A DNA stretch of 48,226 nt, taken from positions 1-48,226 of the forward strand of contig CATMOE010000027.1 of assembly GCA_950072105.1 (NCBI GenBank), read 5' to 3'. This DNA is from an uncultured Dehalococcoidia bacterium (GTDB taxonomy: Bacteria; Chloroflexota; Dehalococcoidia; Lucifugimonadales; UBA3495). Within the stretch, counting starts at the first letter, position 1; the number at the start of each line of letters is the position of its first letter. The position numbers and the translations under genes are program-made. The notes under the pieces are model-generated. The model made no database searches. It was given only the letters and a program-made list of their open reading frames with translations, and was not told the DNA's origin. Shown here piece by piece: positions 9,328 through 19,050 of this stretch.

Positions 9328-10656
9328 ATGAGTGTCAGCAATCAGTCTAGAGTTCCCGGGCGGCGAGGCCGCCCTTTTTATGGCTGGTGGGTGGTCGCCG
9401 TTGCCTCGATGCAAGGGATGTTCGGCAACGGCACGATCTCCAGCGGTTTCCCCATATTTTTCGAGCCGATCCGCCAGACCATGGGGGTCGGCTATGCCCA
9501 GATGTCCCTGGTGTTCAGTCTGGCCAGAGCGGAAGGGGGCATGGGCAGCCCGGTGGTTGGCTGGTTGGTGGACAAGTTTGGTTCCCGGCCATTGATCTTA
9601 TTCGGCGGTCTTACCGCTGGAGTCGGTCTGGTGGCGCTTTCCATGGCCAACACTTACTTGCAGTTGGTCCTGATTTTCGTGTTCATCGTCTCCACCGGCA
9701 AAACGGCCGGTCTGGGTCAGACCTTAATGGCTACCGTGAATCAATGGTTCATTCGCCGCAAGGCCCTGGCGATGTCCACTTTAATGACCGCCTTCGCCGG
9801 AGGCGGAGCCATCGTCGTGCCACTGTTGAATCTGGGCATCAGCCACCTGGGCTGGCGGGAAACCCTGCGGGTCATGGGTGTCTTTATTTTCCTGCTCACG
9901 ATACCGGTTGCCCTAGTGATAAAAAGCAAGCCAGAGGACATGGGGCTAAGGCCCGATGGAGACCCCGCACCCCGATCAGCGGATAGCGGTGGAGGAACGG
10001 GAAGGACAAGGGCGCAACAGGGCTCGGTGGAGTTCACCGTGCGCCAGGCCCTACGCACCCGGACATTCTGGTTCATGCTCTTCGGCGTGGTGACCAGGGT
10101 GTCCGCGACGAACGCCATCATCATCCACATGTTTCCCATTCTAGAAGACGAGGGATTAACGGCCCAGAGCGCCGCCCTGTACGTCTCGGCAATGTTCTTT
10201 CTGGCCATTCCTCTGCGGTTCGTCATGGGAGTTGCCGGCGGGAAACTGTCGCCCCGGCTGCTCCTATTCGTGGGCATGAACACCGGGGCCTTAGCCCTTT
10301 TGTCCCTGCTTATTTTGGATGGGACACTCGCGGTAGTGTTGTTTGTCCTCGCCCTCGCAGTGGTGGAAGGAGTCAGTTCAGTGAACTGGATCATGTTGGG
10401 CGACTACTTCGGCCGGAGCAGGTTCGCTAGCCTGATGGGGGTGATGAGCATGTTCCACAACGTGGGATTGTTTATCTCTCCGATATTTAGCGGTTGGGTC
10501 AAGGACCATTACGGCAGCTATGATCTGGTGTTCGTTGTCTTTATCCCACTCTACGTAGCCAGCGCCGTGTTGTTTGGACTCTCCATCCGTCCCGCGCCGC
10601 CTAGATCGGACGCAACGGATGTGCCGGAGCCGGAGAGGACTGTGGCCGCCGGTTGA
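9328..10656 (+). CDS. MFS transporter
   Basis: About 12 hydrophobic segments; FYGWWVV, GWLVDKFGSR and DYFGR motifs. Confidence 0.9.
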   Translation: MSVSNQSRVPGRRGRPFYGWWVVAVASMQGMFGNGTISSGFPIFFEPIRQTMGVGYAQMSLVFSLARAEGGMGSPVVGWLVDKFGSRPLILFGGLTAGVGLVALSMANTYLQLVLIFVFIVSTGKTAGLGQTLMATVNQWFIRRKALAMSTLMTAFAGGGAIVVPLLNLGISHLGWRETLRVMGVFIFLLTIPVALVIKSKPEDMGLRPDGDPAPRSADSGGGTGRTRAQQGSVEFTVRQALRTRTFWFMLFGVVTRVSATNAIIIHMFPILEDEGLTAQSAALYVSAMFFLAIPLRFVMGVAGGKLSPRLLLFVGMNTGALALLSLLILDGTLAVVLFVLALAVVEGVSSVNWIMLGDYFGRSRFASLMGVMSMFHNVGLFISPIFSGWVKDHYGSYDLVFVVFIPLYVASAVLFGLSIRPAPPRSDATDVPEPERTVAAG

Positions 10657-10705
10657 CCGTTACCGGTCAGGAGACACAACCCCGGATGCATCCACGCTTA
10701 TGTGA

Positions 10706-10727
10706 TGCTATAATCCCCGCTAGGAGG
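10706..10727 (+). promoter_or_regulatory. Extended -10 promoter (TGCTATAAT) and AGGAGG RBS of the Mo-hydroxylase operon
   Basis: TGnTATAAT at 10706-10714, AGGAGG at 10722-10727, TTG start at 10735. Confidence 0.6.
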
Positions 10728-10734
10728 TGGCAAA

Positions 10735-11610
10735 TTGGATTGGATTGATTTTGCAACACCGAAAACTATTAGTGAGGCCGTCGAACTGCTGGCCTCAAAA
10801 GGGGACCGCGCCAGGCTGATCGCCGGTGGTACCGACTTACTCGTGCAACTTAGGGGCGGACGCCGCAGCGTTGACCTGGTTGTAGATGCCAAACAGATCC
10901 CGGAACTGAACGAGATGTCTTACTCTCCGCAAAACGGCTTGGTTATTGGGGCCGCGGTGCCCTGCTATCGTATCTATGCGGATAACGCCATAGCCGAGGC
11001 CTATCCTGGATTGATCGACGCAGCGAGTCTGATCGGAGGTATCCAGATTCAAGGCAGGGCCAGCTTGGGCGGCAACCTGTGTAACGCAGCGCCCAGCGGC
11101 GACTCCATACCGCCAATCATAGCGTTGGGCGGGGTAGCCCACATCGCCGGATCAAATGGATCCCGGCAGGTGGCGGCAGAAGACTTCTGTACCGGACCCG
11201 GCCGGAATATATTGCAAGACGGCGAGATGTTGGTGTCCATCAATTTCCCGGCGCCTGTAGCCCATTCCGGGGCCAGTTATCTCAGGTTCATTCCCCGTAA
11301 CGAGATGGATATCGCGGTTGCGGGAGTAGGTACCTCAATAGTGCTGGACGAGTCGGGCCAAAATTTCGTCTCGGCCCGCATATCTCTGGCATCAGTGGCT
11401 CCTATACCGGTCTTTGCCAAGGAAGCCGGCGACAGTCTGGCAGGTAAACCCGTATCGGAGGCAACCATTCAACAGGCCTCGGAAAAGGCCATCGCCGCCG
11501 CTACACCCATCAGCGACATGCGCGGGACGATCAGACAGCGGAATCACCTGGTGGGCGTGTTGACCCGCCGAACGCTTAACATTGCCGTAGAACGAGCCAG
11601 AGGGGGATAA
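10735..11610 (+). CDS. Xanthine dehydrogenase family FAD-binding (medium) subunit
   Basis: AGGTDL and ASLGGNLCNAAPSGD motifs. Confidence 0.92.
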   Translation: MDWIDFATPKTISEAVELLASKGDRARLIAGGTDLLVQLRGGRRSVDLVVDAKQIPELNEMSYSPQNGLVIGAAVPCYRIYADNAIAEAYPGLIDAASLIGGIQIQGRASLGGNLCNAAPSGDSIPPIIALGGVAHIAGSNGSRQVAAEDFCTGPGRNILQDGEMLVSINFPAPVAHSGASYLRFIPRNEMDIAVAGVGTSIVLDESGQNFVSARISLASVAPIPVFAKEAGDSLAGKPVSEATIQQASEKAIAAATPISDMRGTIRQRNHLVGVLTRRTLNIAVERARGG

Positions 11611-11612
11611 AA

Positions 11613-12086
11613 ATGCCCGGACCTACCCACGTACAAGCAACCATTAACGGTGAAGAGGTAAATTTCCTTTGCGAGCCGCGCCAAAGCCTGTTGGAGGTCC
11701 TCCGCGACGTGCTGGGCATGACCGGCACCAAGGAAGGATGTAATGACGGCAACTGTGGTGCGTGCACCGTGCTTTTCGACGGTCGCATCGTCGACTCTTG
11801 CCTCGTGCTAGGTGTAGAGATCCAAGGCCGGGAAGTAACCACCATCGAGGGACTGGCCACTGCCGACGGACTTCATCCGATACAGCAGGCGTTCCTGGAA
11901 AATGCCGCCCTCCAATGCGGCATCTGCACTCCTGGTTTCATCGTGGCCTCCAAGGGCCTTTTGGACGAGGAGCCCGGCGCCGACGAAGGCCGGATCCGCC
12001 ATTGGCTGGCGGGAAATCTCTGCCGATGCACTGGGTATGACAAGATCGTGCGAGCGGTATTGGATGCCGGCGAAAAGATGAAGTAA
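11613..12086 (+). CDS. Xanthine dehydrogenase family 2x[2Fe-2S] (small) subunit
   Basis: GCNDGNCGAC...C and QCGICTPG...NLCRCTGY motifs. Confidence 0.95.
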   Translation: MPGPTHVQATINGEEVNFLCEPRQSLLEVLRDVLGMTGTKEGCNDGNCGACTVLFDGRIVDSCLVLGVEIQGREVTTIEGLATADGLHPIQQAFLENAALQCGICTPGFIVASKGLLDEEPGADEGRIRHWLAGNLCRCTGYDKIVRAVLDAGEKMK

Positions 12087-12098
12087 GGCGGTGGACCA

Positions 12099-14390
12099 TT
12101 GGTCGCCAACATAGTTCTGTCCGAAGTTGAGTATACCCACATCGGTAAGAGGCCAATTCGACCCGACGGGGTGGACAAAGTCATCGGACGGGCCCAGTAC
12201 GGACCGGACATCACGCTGAAGGGGCTGTTGCATGGAAAAGTTCTGCGCAGCCCCTATGCTCATGCCCGGATAAAATCCATCGACACCAGTGAAGCCGAAG
12301 ACTATCCCGGCGTCAGGGCTATTATCACCGCCCAAGACCTGCCCTTCGCTTCCCTAAGTAAAGAGGAATTGGGCGCCGGTTATCAGGCTTTGAAGTTCGC
12401 CAGCGACCACGTACTGGCCGGCGGCAAAGTCCTGTTTAAAGGCCATCCGGTGGCCGCCGTGGCGGCCGCCAACCCTCATGTGGCCGAGGAAGCGGCCAAG
12501 CTTATAAAAGTGGAATATGAGGAGTTGCCGCCGGTCATGTCTGTCGTTGAGGCGATGGCCGATGGGGCCACGTTGCTCCATGACGATCTGTACACCTCCT
12601 CCTTAGGGGAAATCTCCCAAACCGCTAGCAACGTGGCAGCCCACGCCCGATACGAAAAAGGGGACGTGGCGCAAGGCTTCGACGAAGCCACCGTTGTTGT
12701 GGAGCGCGAATTCCAGACCGCTTCAGTTCACCAGGGTTACATCGAACCCCATAACGGCACTGCCTTATGGAGCGCCGACGGCCAATTGGACGTGTGGTGC
12801 AGCACTCAGGGGGCGTTCACGGTACGGTCCAGTATGGCCAATGTGTTGCGGCATCCCGTGTCCAAGATTAAAGTTACGCCCATGGAGATGGGGGGCGGCT
12901 TTGGCGGCAAGATATCCATCTATTTGGAGCCTCTCGCCGCCCTGTTGTCCAAGAAGAGCGGACAACCGGTAAAGCTGGTCATGAACAGGGTCGAGGTGTT
13001 CGAGGCTTCAGGCCCCGCCGCCGGCTCGTGGATCAAGGTGAAGATGGGTGCCACCAAAGACGGCAAGCTCACCGCCTGCCAGGCCGAACTGGCCTTAGAC
13101 GCCGGCGCCTATCCCGGTTCACCGGCCATGTCGGCCGCCATGTGCGCTTTCGCTTGCTACGATTATCCAAACGGCTTGCTGGACGCCTACGACGTTGTGG
13201 TGAACAAACCCAAAACGCAGGCGTACCGAGCTCCGGGATCTCCTCAGGCAGCCTACGCTGTCGAGTCGGTAGTGGACGAACTTTGCGAGAAACTAGGGAT
13301 AGACCCGTTTGAATTCCGGCTGAGGAACGCATCTAAAGAGGGTACTCGGCGGATAGAAGGTCCGGTCTACCGGCGTATAGGGCTGGTCGAGTGTTTGGAA
13401 GCCGCCCGCAGCCACGACCATTATCAAACGCCCGTCGACGTCCAACCCAGTGGTAAGCTGAGGGGACGGGGTGTGGCCTCCGGCTTCTGGTTCAACCGTG
13501 GATTCGTATCCAGTTGCAACCTTACGCTCAATCCCGATGGCACTGTCAGCGTGGTTATGGGGTCCGTTGACCTTTGCGGCACCAGGGCATCCATTGCTCA
13601 GCAGACCGCTGAGGCGTTGGGCATCGCTTACGAAGACATCAAACCATCGATAGCCGACACCGACTCCATCGGCTACACGTTCATAACCGGAGGGAGCCGG
13701 ACTACCTTCGCCACCGGTTTGGCAACCATCAACGCCTCACAAGATATTAAACAACGAATGATCGAGCGGGCTGCGGCCATCTGGGAAGCGAAAGTGGAGG
13801 ACGTGGAGTATGTTGACGCCGTACTGCAACACAAGTCCGACTCGGAATTGAGGATGACTTTTAAAGAGTTGGCCGGGCGAACGTTGACCACCGGCGGCTC
13901 TATTACCGCTCAGTGCAACATCGACCCGCCCGGGGAAGGAAACTCCTTCGCGGTCCACATCGTGGACGTGGAAGTGGACCGGGACACGGGCAAGGTGGAC
14001 ATACTGCGCTACACGGCGATTCAGGATTGCGGGAAAGCAGTGCATCCCAGCTACGTGGAAGGGCAGATGCAGGGAGGCGCGGCACAGGGCATCGGATGGG
14101 CCTTGAACGAAGAATACTTCTTTAACGGCCAGGGTCAGATGACCAATTCCAGCTTCCTGGATTACCGCATGCCCATCAGCCTTGACCTGCCCATGATCGA
14201 CACCGTGATCGTGGAGGTGGCCAATCCCGGCCATCCTTATGGGGTCCGCGGCGTTGGCGAGACACCCATAGTCCCGCCCTTGGCGGCGATCGCCAACGCG
14301 ATTTACCAGGCCACCGGTGTGCGGATGCAAAGCTTGCCCATAACCCCAGGCAAAGTGCTCGACGCATTGTGGAGCCAAAACGGGAGCTAA
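12099..14390 (+). CDS. Xanthine dehydrogenase family molybdopterin-binding (large) subunit
   Basis: GGGFGGK, AYRAPG, GQMQGGAAQGIG and RGVGE motifs; TTG start. Confidence 0.93.
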   Translation: MVANIVLSEVEYTHIGKRPIRPDGVDKVIGRAQYGPDITLKGLLHGKVLRSPYAHARIKSIDTSEAEDYPGVRAIITAQDLPFASLSKEELGAGYQALKFASDHVLAGGKVLFKGHPVAAVAAANPHVAEEAAKLIKVEYEELPPVMSVVEAMADGATLLHDDLYTSSLGEISQTASNVAAHARYEKGDVAQGFDEATVVVEREFQTASVHQGYIEPHNGTALWSADGQLDVWCSTQGAFTVRSSMANVLRHPVSKIKVTPMEMGGGFGGKISIYLEPLAALLSKKSGQPVKLVMNRVEVFEASGPAAGSWIKVKMGATKDGKLTACQAELALDAGAYPGSPAMSAAMCAFACYDYPNGLLDAYDVVVNKPKTQAYRAPGSPQAAYAVESVVDELCEKLGIDPFEFRLRNASKEGTRRIEGPVYRRIGLVECLEAARSHDHYQTPVDVQPSGKLRGRGVASGFWFNRGFVSSCNLTLNPDGTVSVVMGSVDLCGTRASIAQQTAEALGIAYEDIKPSIADTDSIGYTFITGGSRTTFATGLATINASQDIKQRMIERAAAIWEAKVEDVEYVDAVLQHKSDSELRMTFKELAGRTLTTGGSITAQCNIDPPGEGNSFAVHIVDVEVDRDTGKVDILRYTAIQDCGKAVHPSYVEGQMQGGAAQGIGWALNEEYFFNGQGQMTNSSFLDYRMPISLDLPMIDTVIVEVANPGHPYGVRGVGETPIVPPLAAIANAIYQATGVRMQSLPITPGKVLDALWSQNGS

Positions 14391-14464
14391 CCGTTCCCCC
14401 GGCTTCTGCAAAATTCCGCCGGCTGATAGCTCATCGCTTACGGCTGACTTGAGGAACTGACACG

Positions 14465-14734
14465 TTGGTCACAGTATTCATACCGACCATGCTCCAGCCG
14501 ATCACCGGTGGAGTCAAACAGTTCGACTGCGAAGCGACGAACCTTCGCCAGGTCATTGAACGGTTAGATCAACTGTTTCCAGGGATAAAAGATAAACTCG
14601 TCGAGGATGGCCGAATCAAGCCAAATCTGGCCGTAGCCATCGACGGCGAAGTCGCACGCATGGGCCTGCTAGAAAAAGTCGGAGAAAATAGCGAAGTTCA
14701 CTTCGTTCCGGCCATCGGGGGCGGCGCCTCCTAA
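14465..14734 (+). CDS. MoaD/ThiS family sulfur carrier
   Basis: Ubiquitin-like 89 aa ending FVPAIGGGAS. Confidence 0.85.
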   Translation: MVTVFIPTMLQPITGGVKQFDCEATNLRQVIERLDQLFPGIKDKLVEDGRIKPNLAVAIDGEVARMGLLEKVGENSEVHFVPAIGGGAS

Positions 14735-14829
14735 AAGGCCCAATTTAGAAGGGAACAATCCAACTATCCCAGCGCCGTGGTACTCCTAAGGGTCACGGTC
14801 CGGGATCTGATTTTCGGGAATAGGGATTA

Positions 14830-15351
14830 ATGGTAAAAAAAGGCAAGACTCGGGTGGAAACCATGGTGTCAGCCGGGGGTGTGGTTTACCGGCAACGGGA
14901 GGGTCGTCTTGAAACCGTGCTATGCGGCCATTGGATAACATCCAATGCCGCGCACAGCCGGAGCGGTCAGGGAGACGGCAACGGCGAGGCCCAGACGAAG
15001 GCCGTCCGTTGGAGCTTGGCTAAGGGCACACCGGATGCGGGCGAGACCATGGAAGAAACGGCCCTGCGAGAAGTGCGGGAAGAGACCGGTCTGGAAGTTG
15101 AGATGCAAGAGCCGATCTCAAGCATCACTTACTGGTTCGCCGACCGGGAAAACGCCGTCCGGTATCACAAGACCGTTCATTTCTACTTGATGGCGCCGGT
15201 CGGTGGGGACGTCAGTCTGCATGATCCTGAGTTTGACGTTGTGCGGTGGTTCTCCATGGACGAGGCTTTGAATATCCTTATCTATCCCAACGAAACAACC
15301 GTGATGCGGCAGGCGAATGAGTTGATAAGCCAACGTATCGGGAATGCCTAA
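14830..15351 (+). CDS. NUDIX hydrolase
   Basis: Nudix box GTPDAGETMEETALREVREETGL. Confidence 0.9.
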   Translation: MVKKGKTRVETMVSAGGVVYRQREGRLETVLCGHWITSNAAHSRSGQGDGNGEAQTKAVRWSLAKGTPDAGETMEETALREVREETGLEVEMQEPISSITYWFADRENAVRYHKTVHFYLMAPVGGDVSLHDPEFDVVRWFSMDEALNILIYPNETTVMRQANELISQRIGNA

Positions 15352-15353
15352 AC

Positions 15354-15947
15354 ATGGTTGAGTTGCGAGGGGCCCGCATAATATTGCGGGACAAACGTAT
15401 CGAGGACGCCGAGCAGGACTACATATGGCGCTCCGACCATGAATTGGCAAGCCTGGACGCGGCTTTCCCTCTTACGATGAGCTATGACCGGTTCTTGAAG
15501 CTCGCCGAAGACCAGATGAGATACCCCACGCCCGGCTCTCATCACTTCGCCACCGAGACCTTGGATGGAAAGTTCATCGGCAACTGCATGTACTACGACC
15601 TAGACAGCGTCAAGATGCAGGCCGAACTAGGGATCGTCATCGGTGACCGCGATTACTGGAGCAACTCCTACGGCTATGATGCCGTTACCACCCTTCTGGA
15701 CCACTGTTTCAATGAAAAAAAGCTGGAACGCGTCTATCTACATACTCTGGAGTGGAACAAAAGGGCCCAGCGGTGCTTCGAAAAATGCGGCTTTGTTCAG
15801 GTAAGACCGGTGCGCCGCATGTCTCACGACTTCATTCTCATGGAAGTATTCCGGGAAGATTGGTTTGCCAAGGCAGAGGAACGGCTGGCGGCAAGATTCA
15901 TTAACCGGGAAGAGAACACTGGGCCCCAGGCGGTCGCTCCGGAATAG
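15354..15947 (+). CDS. GNAT family N-acetyltransferase (RimJ/RimL-like)
   Basis: AELGIVIGDRDYWSNSYG and NKRAQRCFEKCGF motifs. Confidence 0.88.
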   Translation: MVELRGARIILRDKRIEDAEQDYIWRSDHELASLDAAFPLTMSYDRFLKLAEDQMRYPTPGSHHFATETLDGKFIGNCMYYDLDSVKMQAELGIVIGDRDYWSNSYGYDAVTTLLDHCFNEKKLERVYLHTLEWNKRAQRCFEKCGFVQVRPVRRMSHDFILMEVFREDWFAKAEERLAARFINREENTGPQAVAPE

Positions 15948-15980
15948 TACTCTGTCAGCCTAGCCTGTATATCCAGCCAA

Positions 15981-16062
15981 TCACCCCCACTCTAACTCTC
16001 CCCCGTAAAGGGGAGAGAACAAATCCCTTACCCCTTTATTGGGGAAGGCTAGGATGGGGGTG
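15981..16062. repeat. Two-hairpin palindromic repeat, family B (about 80 bp)
   Basis: CACCCCCACTCTAACTCTCCCCCGTAAAGGGGAGAG...GGGGAAGGCTAGGATGGGGGTG, closely similar to 24114-24193; lies between convergent genes. Confidence 0.8.
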
Positions 16063-16105
16063 GACTTTTTAAGAGGGATCACCCCGATCTGGAAGGTAGA
16101 AATTC

Positions 16106-16834
16106 TTACAGGTTAGTGCCGCTCCCAACGGAGATCGCTTCCCGCAAACTGAACGCTTCGGTGTAAAGAGCCCGTCCCAGGATCGCTCCCTCTGCCCCGG
16201 TGTCTACCAATCGTTGGATGTGGTCCAGAGTCGCAATCCCACCGGAAGCCAAGACTGCCATCCCGGTCGTCCTCACCAGGTCGGCGTTCGCCTCGAAGTT
16301 TGGCTCCGTTAGGGTGCCGTCTCGTGAGATATCGGTGTAGAGGATGCGCCGCACCCCCAGCAGCGCCATCCGGTCAACCAAGTCTTGAGCAGTAACGCCG
16401 GTCGTCTCTAACCAACCCTTGATAGCCACCAGCCCGTCCTTCGCGTCCACCGCAACGATTACCCGCTGGCTGCCGTGCTTGCGGCACAGGTCCTCAACCA
16501 GGGAAGGCTCTTCCACTGCCGCCGTCCCGATGACTACCCGGGCAGCTCCGGCGGCGAACAAAGATTCGGCCGTCGCCATGTCTCGGATGCCGCCTCCCAC
16601 TTGAACCGGAATCGTCAGGTTTTGGATAATGGAGGTGATTACGTCGAGATTGACGGGGACGCCACCGGCAGCTCCGTCCAGGTCTACTAAGTGCAGCCTG
16701 GGAGCGCCCTGTTCTTGCCAAGCCAGAGCAACCGACAAAGGGTCGTCGGAAAAGACTGTCTCCTGTTGGTAGTCGCCTTGATAGAGGCGGACACAGAGGC
16801 CCGATTTCAAGTCGATAGCTGGGATTACTTCCAT
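16106..16834 (-). CDS. hisA: ProFAR isomerase HisA
   Basis: IPAIDLKSGLCVRLYQGD, LHLVDLDGA and TDISRDGTL motifs. Confidence 0.95.
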   Translation of the reverse strand: MEVIPAIDLKSGLCVRLYQGDYQQETVFSDDPLSVALAWQEQGAPRLHLVDLDGAAGGVPVNLDVITSIIQNLTIPVQVGGGIRDMATAESLFAAGAARVVIGTAAVEEPSLVEDLCRKHGSQRVIVAVDAKDGLVAIKGWLETTGVTAQDLVDRMALLGVRRILYTDISRDGTLTEPNFEANADLVRTTGMAVLASGGIATLDHIQRLVDTGAEGAILGRALYTEAFSLREAISVGSGTNL

Positions 16835-16848
16835 GGAGATGTTAGCTG

Positions 16849-17559
16849 TCAGCTTTCAGCAAATCCCCCCTTCGCCCCTCTTTGTAAAAGGGGGGTTGGG
16901 GGGATTTCGGTGCTGGACCGTTGAGCGCTTTGAGTTGTAGGATTACCAGCCAGGCTGACGAAGTTTTGATAGATCCGCAAACCCAATCGGCCGCTTTTTT
17001 CCGGGTGGAATTGGGTTGCAACCAAGTTGTCTCTGGCATAGATACTACAAAAGGAAACACCGTAGTCGGTGGTCCCGGCCACCCAAGTATCGTCTTCCGG
17101 GGCGGCATAGTAACTGTGTACAAAGTAAAAGTGGCTGTCCTGGGGGATGCCTTGAAACACGGGATGTTCTTGCTGGAAGCTCACGCTGTTCCAACCCATG
17201 TGGGGCACCTTCTGCCCTTCAGGCAGCCGCTTGACCCGCCCGGCGATGCTGCCCAAGCAGTCGGCGTCGCCCTCTTCGGTCCGCTCCAGCAAGAGCTGCA
17301 ATCCCAGGCATACCCCCAGAAATGGCCGCCCGGAAGCCACGTATTCTCGAATAGGTTCCACCAAGTCACGGCGGCGCAACGCTTCCATGGCCGCGGGACC
17401 CGAGCCAACCCCCGGCAGCACCACGGCATCAGCGGCTCCGATCTCGGCCGCTTTGCCCGTTACCACAGGAGATACCCCCACGGATTCCAGGGCTTTAGCC
17501 ACACTCCGCAGGTTTCCCGATTGGTAGTCAATTACCACCAATTTGATGGAGTTGGTCAC
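16849..17559 (-). CDS. hisH: Imidazole glycerol phosphate synthase glutaminase subunit, with a repeat-derived C-terminal tail
   Basis: LPGVG, GVCLGLQ, VPHMGWN, YFVHSY and QFHPEKS motifs. Confidence 0.95.
   Translation of the reverse strand: MTNSIKLVVIDYQSGNLRSVAKALESVGVSPVVTGKAAEIGAADAVVLPGVGSGPAAMEALRRRDLVEPIREYVASGRPFLGVCLGLQLLLERTEEGDADCLGSIAGRVKRLPEGQKVPHMGWNSVSFQQEHPVFQGIPQDSHFYFVHSYYAAPEDDTWVAGTTDYGVSFCSIYARDNLVATQFHPEKSGRLGLRIYQNFVSLAGNPTTQSAQRSSTEIPPTPLLQRGAKGGFAES
16861..16907. repeat. Palindromic repeat, family A, inside the hisH 3' end
   Basis: AAATCCCCCC...CCCCTCTTTGTAAAAGGGGGG...GGGGGGATTT nested inverted repeat. Confidence 0.8.
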
Positions 17560-17564
17560 GCCGG

Positions 17565-18152
17565 TTAGCTCCGGTCTCCGGTAGCCCGTTCCAGGGGCAG
17601 TTCCCGGTCTTCGTAGCGAGCGAGCACGAATAGCAGGTCACCCAGTCGGTTCAGGTAGGCGATTATTAGGTCGTTGGTTAGCAAACCCGCTTCCTGCAAC
17701 GCCACCACCCGGCGTTCGGACGTCCGGATGATGCACCTGGCCATGTCGATAGCCGACGATGCCGGAGAACCGCCGGGCAGGATGAACACCTTTGGCATCT
17801 CCACGCCCTCTTCCAGAGAGTCTATCGTACTTTCCAGATTCTCCACCATTTCAACGGTGACGGGGGAGAAGTGCTCCTGGAACAATTCGTACTTCTCCGG
17901 GTCGGTGGCCAGCTCGGCAGCGATGGTGAACAACTCCCGTTGCAGATCCCGCAACGTATCCTTGACCCTTTCGTCCGCAGTCAAAGCCCGGGCCAGTCCC
18001 ATGGCGGATACTGCCTCGTCGGTGATCCCGTAGGCCTCGGAATGGGGGTTGTTCTTGGAAACCCGCCCGCCGTACAGCAGACTGGTTTCGCCCTTGTCGC
18101 CAAACTTGGTATAGACCCGTTTCCTGTAGTCAGATGACGATGCAGTCACCAT
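17565..18152 (-). CDS. pduO: PduO-type cob(I)alamin adenosyltransferase
   Basis: YTKFGDKGET, FILPGG, ARCIIRTSERR and YLNRLGDLLFVLAR motifs. Confidence 0.88.
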   Translation of the reverse strand: MVTASSSDYRKRVYTKFGDKGETSLLYGGRVSKNNPHSEAYGITDEAVSAMGLARALTADERVKDTLRDLQRELFTIAAELATDPEKYELFQEHFSPVTVEMVENLESTIDSLEEGVEMPKVFILPGGSPASSAIDMARCIIRTSERRVVALQEAGLLTNDLIIAYLNRLGDLLFVLARYEDRELPLERATGDRS

Positions 18153-18291
18153 TCACGTCCTTTTAGCCTGATTGGTATCAATGATACCACCGGAGGCCGA
18201 GACGGGCCATTTGCCGCCTGAGAAATCCTTGCCGTGGCAGTTGGGTTGGCGGCGGGCTATACTGGGGTACAACCCAGTAGAGGTGATTGCC

Positions 18292-19050
18292 ATGCCACCG
18301 GAGATCCGCGTTATCGGCGTAGAAGGGATGCCAGAGGTCCAAGAGGGAGACGACCTATCAGGCCAGATGATGGATGCCGCTGACCGGCAAGGCACGCCCA
18401 TCGAGGCGGGCGACATGCTGGTCGTCACCCAGAAGGTAGTCTCCAAGACCGAAGGCCGGGTTATAAGCCTAGAAGGCATCGAGCCATCGGAAATGGCCAT
18501 ACGAATCACCGAAGGGCATCGCCGGGACCCAAGACATACCGAGATGATTTTACGGGAGAGCGCCCGGATCGTGCGCATGGACCGGGGTGTCATCATCAGC
18601 GAAACCCACCATGGTTTTCAGTGCGCCAACGCCGGAATCGACGCCTCCAACATCCCCGGATCCGACACGATAGCTTTGCTGCCAGTGGACCCCGACGCCT
18701 CGGCTCGCCGGGTTCGGGACGACGTCAAGAGCCGTTTGGGCGTAGATGTGGCGGTGATAATATCCGACACCTTTGGCCGGCCTTGGCGGGCGGCGGCGGT
18801 GAACGTGGCCATTGGAGTGGCCGGCTTCAACCCATGTTTGAGTTACGTCGGCCAGGAAGACTCCCACGGCAACATGATGTACACCACCGTGATCTGCGTG
18901 GCCGACGAGTTGGCGGCGATGGCCGAGCTGGTAACCGGCAAAGTGGATAACGTTCCGGTGTCGATCATAAGGGGTTATCCCTACGAGCCCATGGAAAATG
19001 CCAGCCACGAAGCCTTGCTGCGCTCGCCCGACAAAGACTTGTTCAGGTAG
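18292..19050 (+). CDS. cofE: Coenzyme F420-0:L-glutamate ligase
   Basis: TQKVVSKTEGR, CANAGIDASN and ISDTFGRPWR motifs; start reset to ATG 18292 behind a GAGGTG RBS. Confidence 0.92.
   Translation: MPPEIRVIGVEGMPEVQEGDDLSGQMMDAADRQGTPIEAGDMLVVTQKVVSKTEGRVISLEGIEPSEMAIRITEGHRRDPRHTEMILRESARIVRMDRGVIISETHHGFQCANAGIDASNIPGSDTIALLPVDPDASARRVRDDVKSRLGVDVAVIISDTFGRPWRAAAVNVAIGVAGFNPCLSYVGQEDSHGNMMYTTVICVADELAAMAELVTGKVDNVPVSIIRGYPYEPMENASHEALLRSPDKDLFR

Noticed and set aside
12099..14390. Aerobic CO dehydrogenase (coxL)
   Set aside because: Loop is AYRAPG, not AYxCSFR or AYxGAGR
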